A stretch of DNA of 32,000 nt from an uncultured Chloroflexia bacterium (lineage in GTDB: Bacteria > Chloroflexota > Anaerolineae > Anaerolineales > Anaerolineaceae), in NCBI GenBank assembly GCA_963704755.1, contig OY969938.1:3960001-3992000 (forward strand), read 5' to 3'. This document shows positions 1 to 8,828 of the stretch, piece after piece. The notes under the pieces were generated by a model that had not been told where the DNA came from, did not search any database, and saw only the letters and a program-made list of their open reading frames with translations. Numbering within the stretch: position 1 is the first letter of the stretch; the number at the start of each line of letters is the position of its first letter. A program made the translations under genes and the position numbers.

Positions 1-20
1 TATTCAAGATAAGCGGTTTC

Positions 21-70
21 TGAATTTGAGGTGTTCGCGGGGTTTCGGCTCCGCAAACACCTCAAATTCA
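21..70. repeat. Near-perfect 50 bp palindrome (hairpin family A) downstream of the dehydrogenase gene
   Basis: Arms are TGAATTTGAGGTGTT...AACACCTCAAATTCA. A paralogous copy lies at 18357-18404. Confidence 0.8.
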
Positions 71-185
71 ATCCTTCTCCCTGTTCAATTCAAAAAAAAC
101 GTATCGCCAGTCCAGCCGGCAATTTTGCCATTAATGAAATCTGGCTGGCAGTGTCGACTACCAGCCAGATAATTCTATCTGAAAA

Positions 186-1127
186 TCAATTTACTTTCCA
201 GCGTAATGGCTTACCATCCAGGGCGGCCAGCACTTCTTGCGAAATATCACTGGCGGCGCGCACCTGGGCTTCCTGGGTCTGGGCGCCCATGTGAGGGGTG
301 GCGACCACGTGGGGGTGTTTGGCCAGCGCGGAATCTCCGGGGGGTTCGCTGGTGAAAACATCCAGGCCGGCAGCGGCGACCTTGCCCAATTCCAGGGCCT
401 GTAACAAGGCGTCTTCGTTGATCACCCCACCGCGGGCGGCGCAGATGATGCGTACGCCGTCTTTCATTTTGGCGAACGCGGCGCTGTCCAGGAAATCGTG
501 CGTATCGGCGGTCAGAGGCAGGTGCATGGTGATCACATCCGCCTGGGCGAGCAGTTCGTCCAACGAGACGGGTTTGGCGCCACGCTTGAGGATCTCTTCA
601 CCGGGCAAAAACGGGTCGTAGGCCACCACGTCCATCTCGAAGGCCTTCGCGCGCTGGGCAACCGCCGAGCCGATCCGGCCAAAGCCGATGACGCCCAGGG
701 TTTTTTGCCAAAGTTCGCCGCCTTCCATTTCTTTCTTCAGCCATTTGCCGGCTTTGATCCCGGCGTCGGCCCGCGGGATCTCCCGCATGGTGGACAGCAT
801 GAGCCCCAGGGTAAGCTCGGCCACGGCCAGGGTGGTCGCGGTGGGCGAGTTGACCACGGTGACTCCCTTGGCGGTCGCCGCCTTGAGATCGATGTTATCC
901 ACACCTACGCCAGCCCGCCCGACTACCTTTAATTTTGAGGCGGCGTCCAATACGGCTGCCGTGACCTTGGTCCGGCCGCGTACGATCATGGCATCGTAAT
1001 CGGCGATAACGGTCAGGAGTTCATCGGCAGTAATGCCCGGGCGGTTGTCCACCTGGGCCGCTTCCCTGAGGATAGCCTGGCCGTTCTCTTCCAGGCCATC
1101 GGTTAATAAGACTTTCCAGTTTCCCAT
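186..1127 (-). CDS. D-isomer-specific 2-hydroxyacid dehydrogenase, phosphoglycerate-dehydrogenase-like (no ACT domain)
   Basis: 313 aa ORF with NAD-binding GVIGFGRIGSAV and family motifs ARGGVINEDAL and VATPHMGAQT. AAGGAG lies 9 nt upstream of the ATG at 1127. Confidence 0.85.
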   Translation of the reverse strand: MGNWKVLLTDGLEENGQAILREAAQVDNRPGITADELLTVIADYDAMIVRGRTKVTAAVLDAASKLKVVGRAGVGVDNIDLKAATAKGVTVVNSPTATTLAVAELTLGLMLSTMREIPRADAGIKAGKWLKKEMEGGELWQKTLGVIGFGRIGSAVAQRAKAFEMDVVAYDPFLPGEEILKRGAKPVSLDELLAQADVITMHLPLTADTHDFLDSAAFAKMKDGVRIICAARGGVINEDALLQALELGKVAAAGLDVFTSEPPGDSALAKHPHVVATPHMGAQTQEAQVRAASDISQEVLAALDGKPLRWKVN

Positions 1128-1280
1128 TCCTTATTTCTCCTTGATCAATGAATAAGAATCTACAGGACTTTGTGGTGTTGTTTGAGGGGTGTTGCTTGGC
1201 TGAACCTGACGATCCTTCTTTATTTTCCATCCCCCCGGATGGGTTCGCCTGCCTATGATTTTACCTTATTTGGGAGAGAG

Positions 1281-1543
1281 GAGAGGATAGAGAGTAGAAA
1301 GTAGTCAATGAGGGAGCAGGCAACGAGGGAAAAGAAACTCCCCTTCCCCCGTTCTGGGGGAAGGGGCCGGGGGATGAGGGCGAATCGCCGGCTGGAAGAA
1401 GCCCCTTCGGCAGCACCTCTTTTTCCCTATCCTCTGCCGATCGTGGCATCAGCCCCGGCTTCGAAAGCCGGGCTACGCTTTTCTCCCTCCTCCCTCGTTG
1501 GCTGTTTCACTCATTGACTAATCTCTATTTTCCAATCTCTGTT
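1281..1543. repeat. Composite inverted-repeat (MITE-like mosaic) element in the divergent spacer upstream of gyrA
   Basis: Imperfect inverted ends: GGATAGAGAGTAGAAAGTAGTCAATGAG..CAACGAGGGA on the left against TCCCTCGTTG..CTCATTGACTAATCTCTATTTTCC on the right. Internal hairpins at 1340-1365 and 1453-1473. Confidence 0.6.
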
Positions 1544-1565
1544 CATTGCTCCCCCTTCCATTTGG

Positions 1566-1571
1566 TATAAT
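1566..1571 (+). promoter_or_regulatory. Candidate extended -10 box (TGgTATAAT) for gyrA
   Basis: TATAAT sits 39 nt upstream of the gyrA ATG and is preceded by TGG. Confidence 0.4.
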
Positions 1572-1609
1572 TAGAAGGTTATGTATTTTTATAGACAAGG
1601 AAAATTAGC

Positions 1610-4075
1610 ATGGATATTGGCAGCGTTCAATCAGTAGATATCGACGAACAAATGCGGGTAGCATACCTGGATTACGCCATGAGCGTAATCGTGGCACGCG
1701 CTTTGCCAGATGCCCGTGACGGCCTCAAGCCGGTTCATCGGCGCATCCTTTATGCCATGCACGATCTGGGCATTCGCTCGACCGGATCTTACAAAAAATC
1801 GGCGCGTATCGTCGGAGAAGTATTGGGTAAGTATCATCCCCACGGCGACCTGGCCGTTTATGACTCGATGGCCCGGATGGCCCAGGACTTTTCGATGCGG
1901 TATCCCCTGGTGGATGGCCAGGGTAACTTCGGTTCGGTGGATGGCGACTCACCGGCGGCCATGCGGTACACCGAGGCCCGCCTGGGTGCGATGGCCGAAG
2001 AGATGTTGGTGGATATCGACAAGAACACCGTCGATTTTGGCGACAATTTCGACGGCTCGCTGCAAGAACCCCTGGTCCTGCCCGCCCGCCTGCCCAACCT
2101 GCTGCTCAACGGCTCGGCCGGGATCGCAGTGGGTATGGCGACCAACATCCCGCCGCACAACCTGGGTGAGTTGACCGCGGCGATCGATTACCTGATCGAT
2201 CACTACGACACGATCGACGACGTGACGATCGATGAATTGATGAAATTCCTGCCCGGGCCGGATTTCCCGACGGGAGGCATTATTGTCGGAAACGAGGCGA
2301 TCAAGCAAATGTACACCACCGGGCGAGGCCGGTTGGTGGTGCGCGGCCAGGCCCACATCGAAGAGATGAAGGCCGGGCGCTACCAGATTAACATCACCGA
2401 GATTCCCTACCAGGTGAACAAGGCCGGGCTGGTCGAGCGTATTGCTGACCTGGCGCGCGAAGGCCGCCTGGACAGTGTCTCTGACTTGCGCGACGAGTCT
2501 GACCGGCGTGGGATGAGCATCGTCATCGAATTGAAACGCGGCGCCCAGCCCAAGAAGGTGCTCAACCAACTTTACAAGTACACTCCGCTGCAAACCACGT
2601 TCGGGGCGCACCTGCTGGCACTGGTCGAAAACGAACCGCGCCTGCTTTCGCTCAAACGGGCGCTGCATCTGTACATCGACCACCGCCAGCAGGTGGTCAC
2701 GCGCCGGACACAGTTCGAACTGGATAAAGCGCGCGCACGGGCGCATATCCTGGAAGGGTTGTTGATCGCCCTGACCAACCTGGATGATGTGATCAAAACC
2801 ATCCGGGGATCGAAAGACACCGAAACCGCCCGGGAACAATTGATTTCGCGCTTCAAGCTCAGTGAGCTGCAGGCACAGGCGATCCTGGACATGCAGTTGC
2901 GTCGCTTGAGCGCCCTGGAACGCCAGAAGATCGAAGACGAGCACGCCGAGATTGTGGAGCGCGTCGCTTATTTGGAAGATTTGCTGGCTTCCCCCCACAA
3001 GATTTTGGAAGTCATTAAAGCCGACCTGGACGAAATCAGTAATAAATACAACGACGAACGCCGCACGCATATCCTGGCGGATGCGGAAGAGGAATTCCGC
3101 GAAGAAGACCTGGTCGCCGATGAGCAGGCCCTGATCATGATTACCCAGAACGGGTACATCAAACGGGTAGCTGCCAAGGCTTTCCGCACCCAGTCGCGCG
3201 GAGGCCGGGGTGTGACCGGCCAAAACCTGAAGGAAGAAGACGAGACGATCATGCTGCTGCCGGCGCGTACTTTGCAGTCGGTGTTGTTCTTCTCGGACAA
3301 AGGCAAGGTGTACTCCGAAAAGGTGTACCAGCTCCCGGATGCCGGCCGGACCGACCGCGGTATTTCGATCATGAATATCCTCAACCTGGGTTCGGACGAG
3401 AGTATTACCGCGGCAGTGGCGGTGCCGAGCTTTAAGTCGACCGCTTTCTGTACCATGGCGACTGCTCGCGGGCGGGTCAAGCGCGTGCCCCTTTCTGAAT
3501 TTGCCAGCGTTCGTCCCTCCGGCCTGATTGCGATTAATCTCGACGCGCAGGATTCCTTGGGTTGGGTACGCGTTACCAGCGGCAAGGATGACATCATCCT
3601 GGTGACCCAGCAAGGCCAGGCGCTGCGGTATTCTGAAAACGAGATCCGCTCGATGGGCCGCCCGGCGGCCGGTGTGACCGGTATCCATCTGCGTAAAGAT
3701 GACCTGGTGGCCGCGATGGAAGTGGTTGTGCCGGATGCCGACCTGCTGGTGGTGACCGAGAATGGCTACGGCAAGCGCACACCCTTGGGTGAATACCCGA
3801 TCAAAGGCCGCGCAACCAACGGCATTACCACGATCGATCAGAAAAACCTGGACCGGATTGGAAAGATCGCCACGGCTCGGGTGGTGGAGCTAAATGACGA
3901 GATCACCATGCTCTCGGCCAATGGATTGATTATCCGTATGAAGGTCGAAGACATCAGCCAGACCAGCCGGGCTACCCGCGGTGTGCGCGTGATGGACCTC
4001 GGCGATGGCGACACACTCGTATCCGTCGCCCGCATCGCAACCGCGGACATGGAGCCTAAAGGGGATAGTAATTAG
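1610..4075 (+). CDS. gyrA: DNA gyrase subunit A
   Basis: 821 aa. N-terminus [32 protein letters not shown], active-site [24 protein letters not shown], and C-terminal beta-pinwheel repeats. Confidence 0.97.
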   Translation: MDIGSVQSVDIDEQMRVAYLDYAMSVIVARALPDARDGLKPVHRRILYAMHDLGIRSTGSYKKSARIVGEVLGKYHPHGDLAVYDSMARMAQDFSMRYPLVDGQGNFGSVDGDSPAAMRYTEARLGAMAEEMLVDIDKNTVDFGDNFDGSLQEPLVLPARLPNLLLNGSAGIAVGMATNIPPHNLGELTAAIDYLIDHYDTIDDVTIDELMKFLPGPDFPTGGIIVGNEAIKQMYTTGRGRLVVRGQAHIEEMKAGRYQINITEIPYQVNKAGLVERIADLAREGRLDSVSDLRDESDRRGMSIVIELKRGAQPKKVLNQLYKYTPLQTTFGAHLLALVENEPRLLSLKRALHLYIDHRQQVVTRRTQFELDKARARAHILEGLLIALTNLDDVIKTIRGSKDTETAREQLISRFKLSELQAQAILDMQLRRLSALERQKIEDEHAEIVERVAYLEDLLASPHKILEVIKADLDEISNKYNDERRTHILADAEEEFREEDLVADEQALIMITQNGYIKRVAAKAFRTQSRGGRGVTGQNLKEEDETIMLLPARTLQSVLFFSDKGKVYSEKVYQLPDAGRTDRGISIMNILNLGSDESITAAVAVPSFKSTAFCTMATARGRVKRVPLSEFASVRPSGLIAINLDAQDSLGWVRVTSGKDDIILVTQQGQALRYSENEIRSMGRPAAGVTGIHLRKDDLVAAMEVVVPDADLLVVTENGYGKRTPLGEYPIKGRATNGITTIDQKNLDRIGKIATARVVELNDEITMLSANGLIIRMKVEDISQTSRATRGVRVMDLGDGDTLVSVARIATADMEPKGDSN

Positions 4076-4087
4076 CGGAGAGTAAAA

Positions 4088-4150
4088 AGTAAGGGTGTTT
4101 TATTTTTTTTCGCGTGCAAAGCACGTGAAAAAAAATAAAACACCCTTACT
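4088..4150. terminator. Bidirectional hairpin terminator (hairpin family B) between gyrA and a convergent small ORF
   Basis: About 28 bp stem GTAAGGGTGTTTTATTTTTTTTCGCGTGC, loop AAA, then GCACGTGAAAAAAAATAAAACACCCTTAC. A/T runs lie inside the arms. A paralog is at 5286-5349. Confidence 0.7.
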
Positions 4151-4367
4151 ATATCCAAATCTTACCGGTGGCGATCAGGCACAGTACGCTCAGGACGATG
4201 ACCATCATCACCAGCAGCACCGCCAGGACGAAGCGTTGAGGCGCGGTCATGCCGAACATCTCCCGCTGCGACCGGCGTGGGAAATGGACCTCAATCTGGT
4301 CTTCGGGCTGCTCAGAACCCCCTTCGGGTTGGTCTTGGTTGGCCGCATTGCGTAAATCGTCTAACAT
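4149..4367 (-). CDS. Small hypothetical membrane protein (acidic N-terminus, one C-terminal TM helix)
   Basis: 72 aa from the ATG at 4367, with GGAG 9 nt upstream, starting 19 nt after the birA stop. TM segment FVLAVLLVMMVIVLSVLCLIA. The start at 4415 would overlap birA. Confidence 0.45.
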   Translation of the reverse strand: MLDDLRNAANQDQPEGGSEQPEDQIEVHFPRRSQREMFGMTAPQRFVLAVLLVMMVIVLSVLCLIATGKIWI

Positions 4368-4386
4368 ATCCGCTATCTCCGTATAT

Positions 4387-5175
4387 TCAGGCGTCAGCCG
4401 GCCGCAGGTGGACATCGCCGGCGCTGAACTGCATTTCCTGTCCGTTCTCCAATTGTAACCGTAAATCTCCGCCGGAGCTTACGCCAACCATCCTGCCGTT
4501 GTAGGATTTCCCATCGAGTTCCTGCACCATCACGGGCTCGTTTATGAAAGCCAGGCGTTGAGACCAGTCACCCATAAAGCCGGCTGTGCCGATCTTCGGG
4601 CGCAGGTCGAAAAATGCCGCCAGGGTGGCTCTCAGCAATGGCCAGCGCTCGACCGGGCTGCCGGTCTCATCCTCCAGGCAGGTGGCGGGGAAAAGCAGCC
4701 CCTCGGCCGGGGGTAAAGATCCCTGGGAGACGTTTATCCCGATGCCCAAGACCACCACAGCCTGGCCTTCCGGGATCCAATTCGCTTCGGCCAGAATGCC
4801 GCAGACCTTACGCCGCTTGATCAGCACATCGTTTGGCCACTTGATCTGTGCGTCCAGGCCAATTGCGGCCTGGACGGCCGTGCTGACGGCTACGGCCGCC
4901 GCGGGAGAGAGCAGTGCCAGCCGGTCGATTTCTTCTGGCGAAGGGCGCAGCACCAGGCTGAAAGCCAGGGCCACGCCCGGGCGGGTGACCCAAGAGCGCC
5001 CCAGCCGGCCGCGCCCCTTGACCTGCTGGTCGGCGACCACCAGGCAGCCATCGGCGGCCTGGTGGTCGCCGACCCATTGCATGGCCAGGTCGTTGGTCGA
5101 GCCGGCGACCTCGTGGTAGCGTACATCTGGGACCGGCAGCCCAACCAGCAGCTCGCGGAGTTCGTTTGTGTTCAC
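4387..5175 (-). CDS. birA: Biotin--[acetyl-CoA-carboxylase] ligase (group I, no N-terminal HTH)
   Basis: 262 aa with GTG start. BirA signature QQVKGRGRLGRSW, and KWPNDVLI. Confidence 0.85.
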   Translation of the reverse strand: MNTNELRELLVGLPVPDVRYHEVAGSTNDLAMQWVGDHQAADGCLVVADQQVKGRGRLGRSWVTRPGVALAFSLVLRPSPEEIDRLALLSPAAAVAVSTAVQAAIGLDAQIKWPNDVLIKRRKVCGILAEANWIPEGQAVVVLGIGINVSQGSLPPAEGLLFPATCLEDETGSPVERWPLLRATLAAFFDLRPKIGTAGFMGDWSQRLAFINEPVMVQELDGKSYNGRMVGVSSGGDLRLQLENGQEMQFSAGDVHLRPADA

Positions 5176-5285
5176 GAGCTTATTTTACGTCAAAAACAAA
5201 CTAAAAAAAGGCAAACCTCAAATTCAGGGACCTTAACCGGTTGCGCAGTACCAAAAAAAAGCAGGTAACTTCTCAGTCACCGCAC

Positions 5286-5349
5286 AAAAGGGGTGTTTTA
5301 TTGTTTTCGCGTGCGAAGCACGCGAAAACAATAAAAACACCCCTCTTTT
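5286..5349. repeat. Near-perfect palindrome, hairpin family B paralog
   Basis: AAAAGGGGTGTTTTATTGTTTTCGCGTGC, loop GAA, then GCACGCGAAAACAATAAAAACACCCCTCTTTT. Related to 4088-4150 with a compensatory T:A to G:C change. Confidence 0.8.
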
Positions 5350-5386
5350 CGTATTAACCTGGGTAGTAAAAAAGCAGATTAAAAGC

Positions 5387-5415
5387 GAAGACTGCGGGGG
5401 TCACCCGCAGTCTTC
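5387..5415 (-). terminator. Candidate terminator hairpin downstream of the Hsp20 gene
   Basis: 12 bp stem GAAGACTGCGGG/CCCGCAGTCTTC, followed on the minus strand by a moderately U-rich tract. Confidence 0.4.
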
Positions 5416-5522
5416 TTTACCCAATTCCAAAAGGAGAGAGACGAAAAAGGATCTGGGCCTGGGCCGGAAGGTGTGCGTCGTTCACCTTCCGGTCGCGTGG
5501 CTGCATTTCCCAGGAGCGGAGC

Positions 5523-5945
5523 CTATTTTGCGTTGATCTTGATAACTTTTGGCCGGGCTTCCTCAGCCTTGGGGATAAACAAGGTGAAGACGCCGTCGGT
5601 CAGACTGGCTTCGGCTTTACCCGCGTCTACCTCTTCCGGCAGGCGAATAACTTTGTTGAACTTGCCGCTCGGCCGTTCTTGCAAAATGTAACTGGCGTTT
5701 TCATCCCGTTCGTTGGTGAATTCGCCCTGGATAGTAATGGTGTCTTTCACAACTTGCACGTTCAGGTTTTCGGACTTCACACCCGGCAGCAGCGCCGTCA
5801 GCGTGTACCCTTCATCACTCGATTTGAGGTCAACGGGGAAATAAACCCGGTTGCTTTCCTCAGTCCATTGATCTTCAGCCAACCGGTCCCACATGTGCCG
5901 GCGAGCCAGGTACCGTCCGTAAGGGGTCATCAAATATAGAGACAT
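5523..5945 (-). CDS. Hsp20/alpha-crystallin family small heat-shock protein
   Basis: 140 aa from the ATG at 5945, with AGGAGG 5 nt upstream. Alpha-crystallin domain ends in ..DAGKAEASLTDGVFTLFIPK. Confidence 0.9.
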   Translation of the reverse strand: MSLYLMTPYGRYLARRHMWDRLAEDQWTEESNRVYFPVDLKSSDEGYTLTALLPGVKSENLNVQVVKDTITIQGEFTNERDENASYILQERPSGKFNKVIRLPEEVDAGKAEASLTDGVFTLFIPKAEEARPKVIKINAK

Positions 5946-6256
5946 GTCATCCTCCTGTTTAATAATTAATTCCAAATCGGTCAACCTTGAATTCGGGAGT
6001 TTTTCCATAAGCCGAGGTAGTTACTTTCTTTATCCCGAACAGGTTTTGTTTTTGTTTACAGTGACTATATTAACTTCTAAATATCGGAAGAATATCAATG
6101 GAATGTATATCTTTTATTAATTCGACCGTTTATGTGGGGTAAGGCCCTTTCCGGCCGCGGCCTTACCAAATCGCAAACTCATTTTAAGGATTCTTAATAA
6201 GTTCATAATGTTTTCCGTGCTAAATTATGGTAACATTTGCGGCTGGAGTGTAAATT

Positions 6257-6616
6257 ATGGACGAAAAAATAACCATTATCGAAGGACCTCCCCCCGATTT
6301 TGAAACCATCGAGGATGGTTGGACCATGGGATTAAACGAAGGCCCGTATCTTTATGACCTGGCCTTGACCCATTTACGCACCTTCAATGGTGCTGCTCTG
6401 ATCGAACGCTGCCACCGGGTTTGGCGACAAAATCATTCCATATATCTCCATTACCGCAATCCGATCGGATTGGAAGAAAAAGCCCCAATCATGGCTGCCC
6501 GGACGTTGGAAACCGACGATGGCCAGGTTCTACTGTTATGGGTACGGCGTAAGCACGAAGAAACCGAGATCGAGATCGATCTCGACGATGACGACGAGGA
6601 AGATTACAGTAACTAA
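6257..6616 (+). CDS. Hypothetical protein with a strongly acidic C-terminal tail
   Basis: 119 aa, GGAG 8 nt upstream of the ATG, tail EIEIDLDDDDEEDYSN. A terminator follows. I recognise no family. Confidence 0.5.
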   Translation: MDEKITIIEGPPPDFETIEDGWTMGLNEGPYLYDLALTHLRTFNGAALIERCHRVWRQNHSIYLHYRNPIGLEEKAPIMAARTLETDDGQVLLLWVRRKHEETEIEIDLDDDDEEDYSN

Positions 6617-6622
6617 GCCATC

Positions 6623-6657
6623 AAAAATCCCCCAGCTTTAGGCCGGGGGATTTTTTT
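6623..6657. terminator. Bidirectional intrinsic terminator between the 6257 ORF and serS
   Basis: AAAAATCCCCC..GGGGGATTTTTTT: a stem flanked by an A-run and a T-run. Confidence 0.8.
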
Positions 6658-6671
6658 ATCCGTTTTAAGGC

Positions 6672-7943
6672 TTATGGCCGGATGACGTCGATGCCACCCA
6701 TCCAGGGACGCAGCACCTCAGGGATGACGATGCTGCCGTCGGCCTGCTGGTTGTTCTCCAGTACGCCGATCAGCGTGCGCGGCATGCCCAATCCCGACCC
6801 GTTGAGGGTGTGGACCAGGCGCGTCCGTGTGCCATCGGCCGGCTTGTATTTGATATTGGCCCGGCGGGCCTGGAAATCCATGACGTTCGAAACCGAAGAC
6901 ACTTCCAGCCACTCGCCGCAGCCGGGAGCCCACACTTCGATGTCATACGTAATGGCGGCGTTGAAGCCCAGGTCGCCGGTGCAAAGGGACACGATGCGAT
7001 AGGTCAGCCCCAGGCCGGCGCAGGTCGCTTCGGCATCGGCGACCATCTTGTCCAGCTCACGCATCGAATCTTCTGGCTTGCAATAGATATACATTTCCAC
7101 CTTGTCGAACTGGTGCCCGCGTTTGATCCCACGCACATCCCGTCCGGCGCTCATCTTCTCCCGCCTGAAGCAGGGGGTGTAAGCGGTAAAGCGACGCGGC
7201 AGGCTTTCTTCGTCCAGGACTTCGTCCATCATCATGCCGGTCAGCGGCACTTCGGCGGTGGGCACATTCCAGAAATCTTCTTCGACGTCGTGGTACAGGT
7301 TATCGGCGAATTTGGGCAATTGCCCCGAAGCGAACAGGGTCGCACCTTTGACCATGAATGGTAAATAGCGTTCTTCGTAGCCCTGGCGGCCGTGCAGGTC
7401 GAGCATCCAGGAAATCAGCGCACGCTGCAGGCGCGCCCCGGCGCCATTGAGGATATAGAACCTTGATCCGGTAATTTTTACCCCGCGCTCGAAATCGATA
7501 ATGCCCAACTGTGGGCCCAGGTCCCAGTGGGGTAGGGGTGCAAAGTCGAACTCTTTGACCGGGCCGGATTGGCGGATGACCACGTTTTCAGCTTCGCTCT
7601 TGCCGTAAGGGGTCAGTTCGTGGGGAACGTTGGGGATGTTAGCCAGCAGCCCTTGCAGGTCGGTGTCCACCTGGCGGACGCGCTCATCCAGGGCGCTGAT
7701 CTTTTCCCCCAAATCGCGCATACTATCGATTTTTGCCTGGCGATCGGCCGGGTCTTTCATTCGCCCGATTTCTTTGGAGACGGCATTGCGTTCGGCTTTC
7801 ATCTGCTCTACTTCAGTGAGCAGAGTCCGCCGGAGCTGGTCCAGGTCCAGTACCTGGTCCACCGGGGTAACGTCCATCTGGCGGTCGGCCAGGGCCTTTC
7901 GCACCAGGTCGGGTTTTTCACGGATCAAATTGATATCGAACAA
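6672..7943 (-). CDS. serS: Seryl-tRNA synthetase
   Basis: 423 aa from the TTG at 7943, with AGGAGG 6 nt upstream. N-terminus (M)[13 protein letters not shown] and class II motifs such as TPCFRRE. The upstream part of the long ORF is the T-box leader. Confidence 0.95.
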   Translation of the reverse strand: MFDINLIREKPDLVRKALADRQMDVTPVDQVLDLDQLRRTLLTEVEQMKAERNAVSKEIGRMKDPADRQAKIDSMRDLGEKISALDERVRQVDTDLQGLLANIPNVPHELTPYGKSEAENVVIRQSGPVKEFDFAPLPHWDLGPQLGIIDFERGVKITGSRFYILNGAGARLQRALISWMLDLHGRQGYEERYLPFMVKGATLFASGQLPKFADNLYHDVEEDFWNVPTAEVPLTGMMMDEVLDEESLPRRFTAYTPCFRREKMSAGRDVRGIKRGHQFDKVEMYIYCKPEDSMRELDKMVADAEATCAGLGLTYRIVSLCTGDLGFNAAITYDIEVWAPGCGEWLEVSSVSNVMDFQARRANIKYKPADGTRTRLVHTLNGSGLGMPRTLIGVLENNQQADGSIVIPEVLRPWMGGIDVIRP

Positions 7944-7968
7944 AGCAGTACCTCCTGATCGAGTTAAA

Positions 7969-8214
7969 TAAAAAATCCCCTGTCCCTGCAGGACGAGGGG
8001 GATTGCAACTCGTGGTGCCACCTGCTTTTGCCGTCGATTAGATTGCGGCCTCGTTGTGGGGGTAACGGATCCCACCGGCTCTCTTACGACATAAAGTCCC
8101 TGCGAGAGCGACCGGCCCGCATTGCGGGCGCCAGGGTGGATTTCACCGGTTGGTACTTGCCAGTTCACACCTGGGGCTGGCTCTCTGTGAAGTAAACCGG
8201 TTACTGAGTCCTGG
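7969..8214 (-). promoter_or_regulatory. T-box riboswitch leader (Ser, specifier UCC) with intrinsic terminator
   Basis: Minus strand Stem I: CCAGG..AGTA ACCGGT..AGAGAG..GGTGTGAA..ACCGGT GAAA-UCC-A CCCTGG. T-box sequence AAAGCAGGTGGCACCACG at 8011-8028. Terminator ATCCCC..GGGGAT plus T6 ends at 7969. Confidence 0.8.
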
Positions 8215-8269
8215 TCTGGTCTTTGATGTGGATATTATACCGCAAATCTCGACAGTGGCGAAATGAAGG

Positions 8270-8450
8270 CACGGAGAAGAAAGAAGAGTTTAACCACGGA
8301 GGCACGGAGCACACGGAGAAAAAAAGAAAGAAAACCACAGAGCACACAGAGTTCACAGAGAAGAAAGAAGAGTTCAACCACGGAGGCACGGAGCACACGG
8401 AGAAAAAAAGAAAGAAAACCACAGAGCACACAGAGTTCACAGAGAAGAAA
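8270..8450. repeat. 84 bp tandem repeat (2.15 copies) built from CACGGAG / CACAGAG modules
   Basis: The unit CAC(G/A)GAGAAGAAAGAAGAGTT(T/C)AACCACGGAGGCACGGAGCACACGGAGAAAAAAAGAAAGAAAACCACAGAGCACACAGAGTT starts at 8270, 8354 and 8438. Confidence 0.9.
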
Positions 8451-8467
8451 ATAATTTAAGGAGTTAT

Positions 8468-8549
8468 CTGTTGGGTTCGGGCAAGGCTCGGGAAAATACT
8501 CCCCATGGTCATTCACCGGCCTTCCAATGAGCCCGGACCCAACCTACAG
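8468..8549. mobile_element. MITE-like inverted-repeat element, copy 1
   Basis: Ends are CTGTTGGGTTCGGGC ... GAGCCCGGACCCAACCTACAG. No ORF inside. Confidence 0.55.
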
Positions 8550-8563
8550 GCTAACTAACAAGA

Positions 8564-8645
8564 TGTTGGGTTCGGGTAGCACCAATGCCGATTAACGCCG
8601 TGTTCTTCGACCAATTTTGTTTATGAGCCCGAACCCAACCTACAT
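8564..8645. mobile_element. MITE-like inverted-repeat element, copy 2 (tandem to copy 1)
   Basis: Ends are TGTTGGGTTCGGGT ... GAGCCCGAACCCAACCTACAT. The interior differs from copy 1. Confidence 0.55.
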
Positions 8646-8673
8646 GCTAACCGCTAACCGCTAATCGCTATCC
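8646..8673. repeat. Short heptamer array, 4 units (GCTAACC type)
   Basis: GCTAACC GCTAACC GCTAATC GCTATCC, in the same family as 21103-21207 and 29720-29927. Confidence 0.75.
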
Positions 8674-8828
8674 GCACGATTTTCGGGGATGAATTAATAT
8701 CAACTTCCGGACAAAAATCAGCAGCCTAAATTTTATTTTTTTGATAAAATGACGAAAGTTAATATGTTAAGTTTAATTGTAGCAGCCAGAACAATCCCAG
8801 TGAGCACTGCTCGAAAAAAATATACCCC

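Noticed and set aside
1949-3688. A 579 aa ORF antisense to gyrA, plus several other ORFs overlapping gyrA.
   Set aside because: It lies entirely inside the well-supported gyrA CDS. The composition is Arg/Gly/His/Val-rich, typical of shadow frames in GC-rich DNA, with no recognisable motifs.
4368-4415. A longer version of the small membrane ORF starting at 4415.
   Set aside because: It would overlap the birA 3' end by 29 nt. The internal ATG at 4367 has a GGAG at proper spacing just after the birA stop.
5946-6256. A CIRCE/HrcA-type heat-shock operator or a ROSE/fourU thermometer upstream of the Hsp20 gene.
   Set aside because: There is no TTAGCACTC-N9-GAGTGCTAA-like inverted repeat. Only a weak CTCC...GGAG pairing possibility exists, which is insufficient to call.
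7944-8168. An N-terminal 75-codon extension of the serS ORF.
   Set aside because: This stretch contains the T-box leader and its terminator. A TTG start with a perfect AGGAGG at 7943 gives a canonical SerRS N-terminus.
8270-8450. A possible CRISPR array here, and likewise at 24177-24256 and the heptamer arrays.
   Set aside because: The repeats are contiguous tandem units without unique spacers. Periods of 84, 16 and 7 nt do not fit repeat-spacer architecture, and there are no cas genes.
8201-8516. Lys/Glu/Thr-rich and Cys/Val/Phe-rich ORFs (8223-8459 plus strand, 8201-8440 and 8235-8516 minus strand).
   Set aside because: They are translations of the 84 bp tandem repeat. The same DNA motif occurs elsewhere in other frames and orientations, so the conservation is at the nucleotide level, not the protein level.
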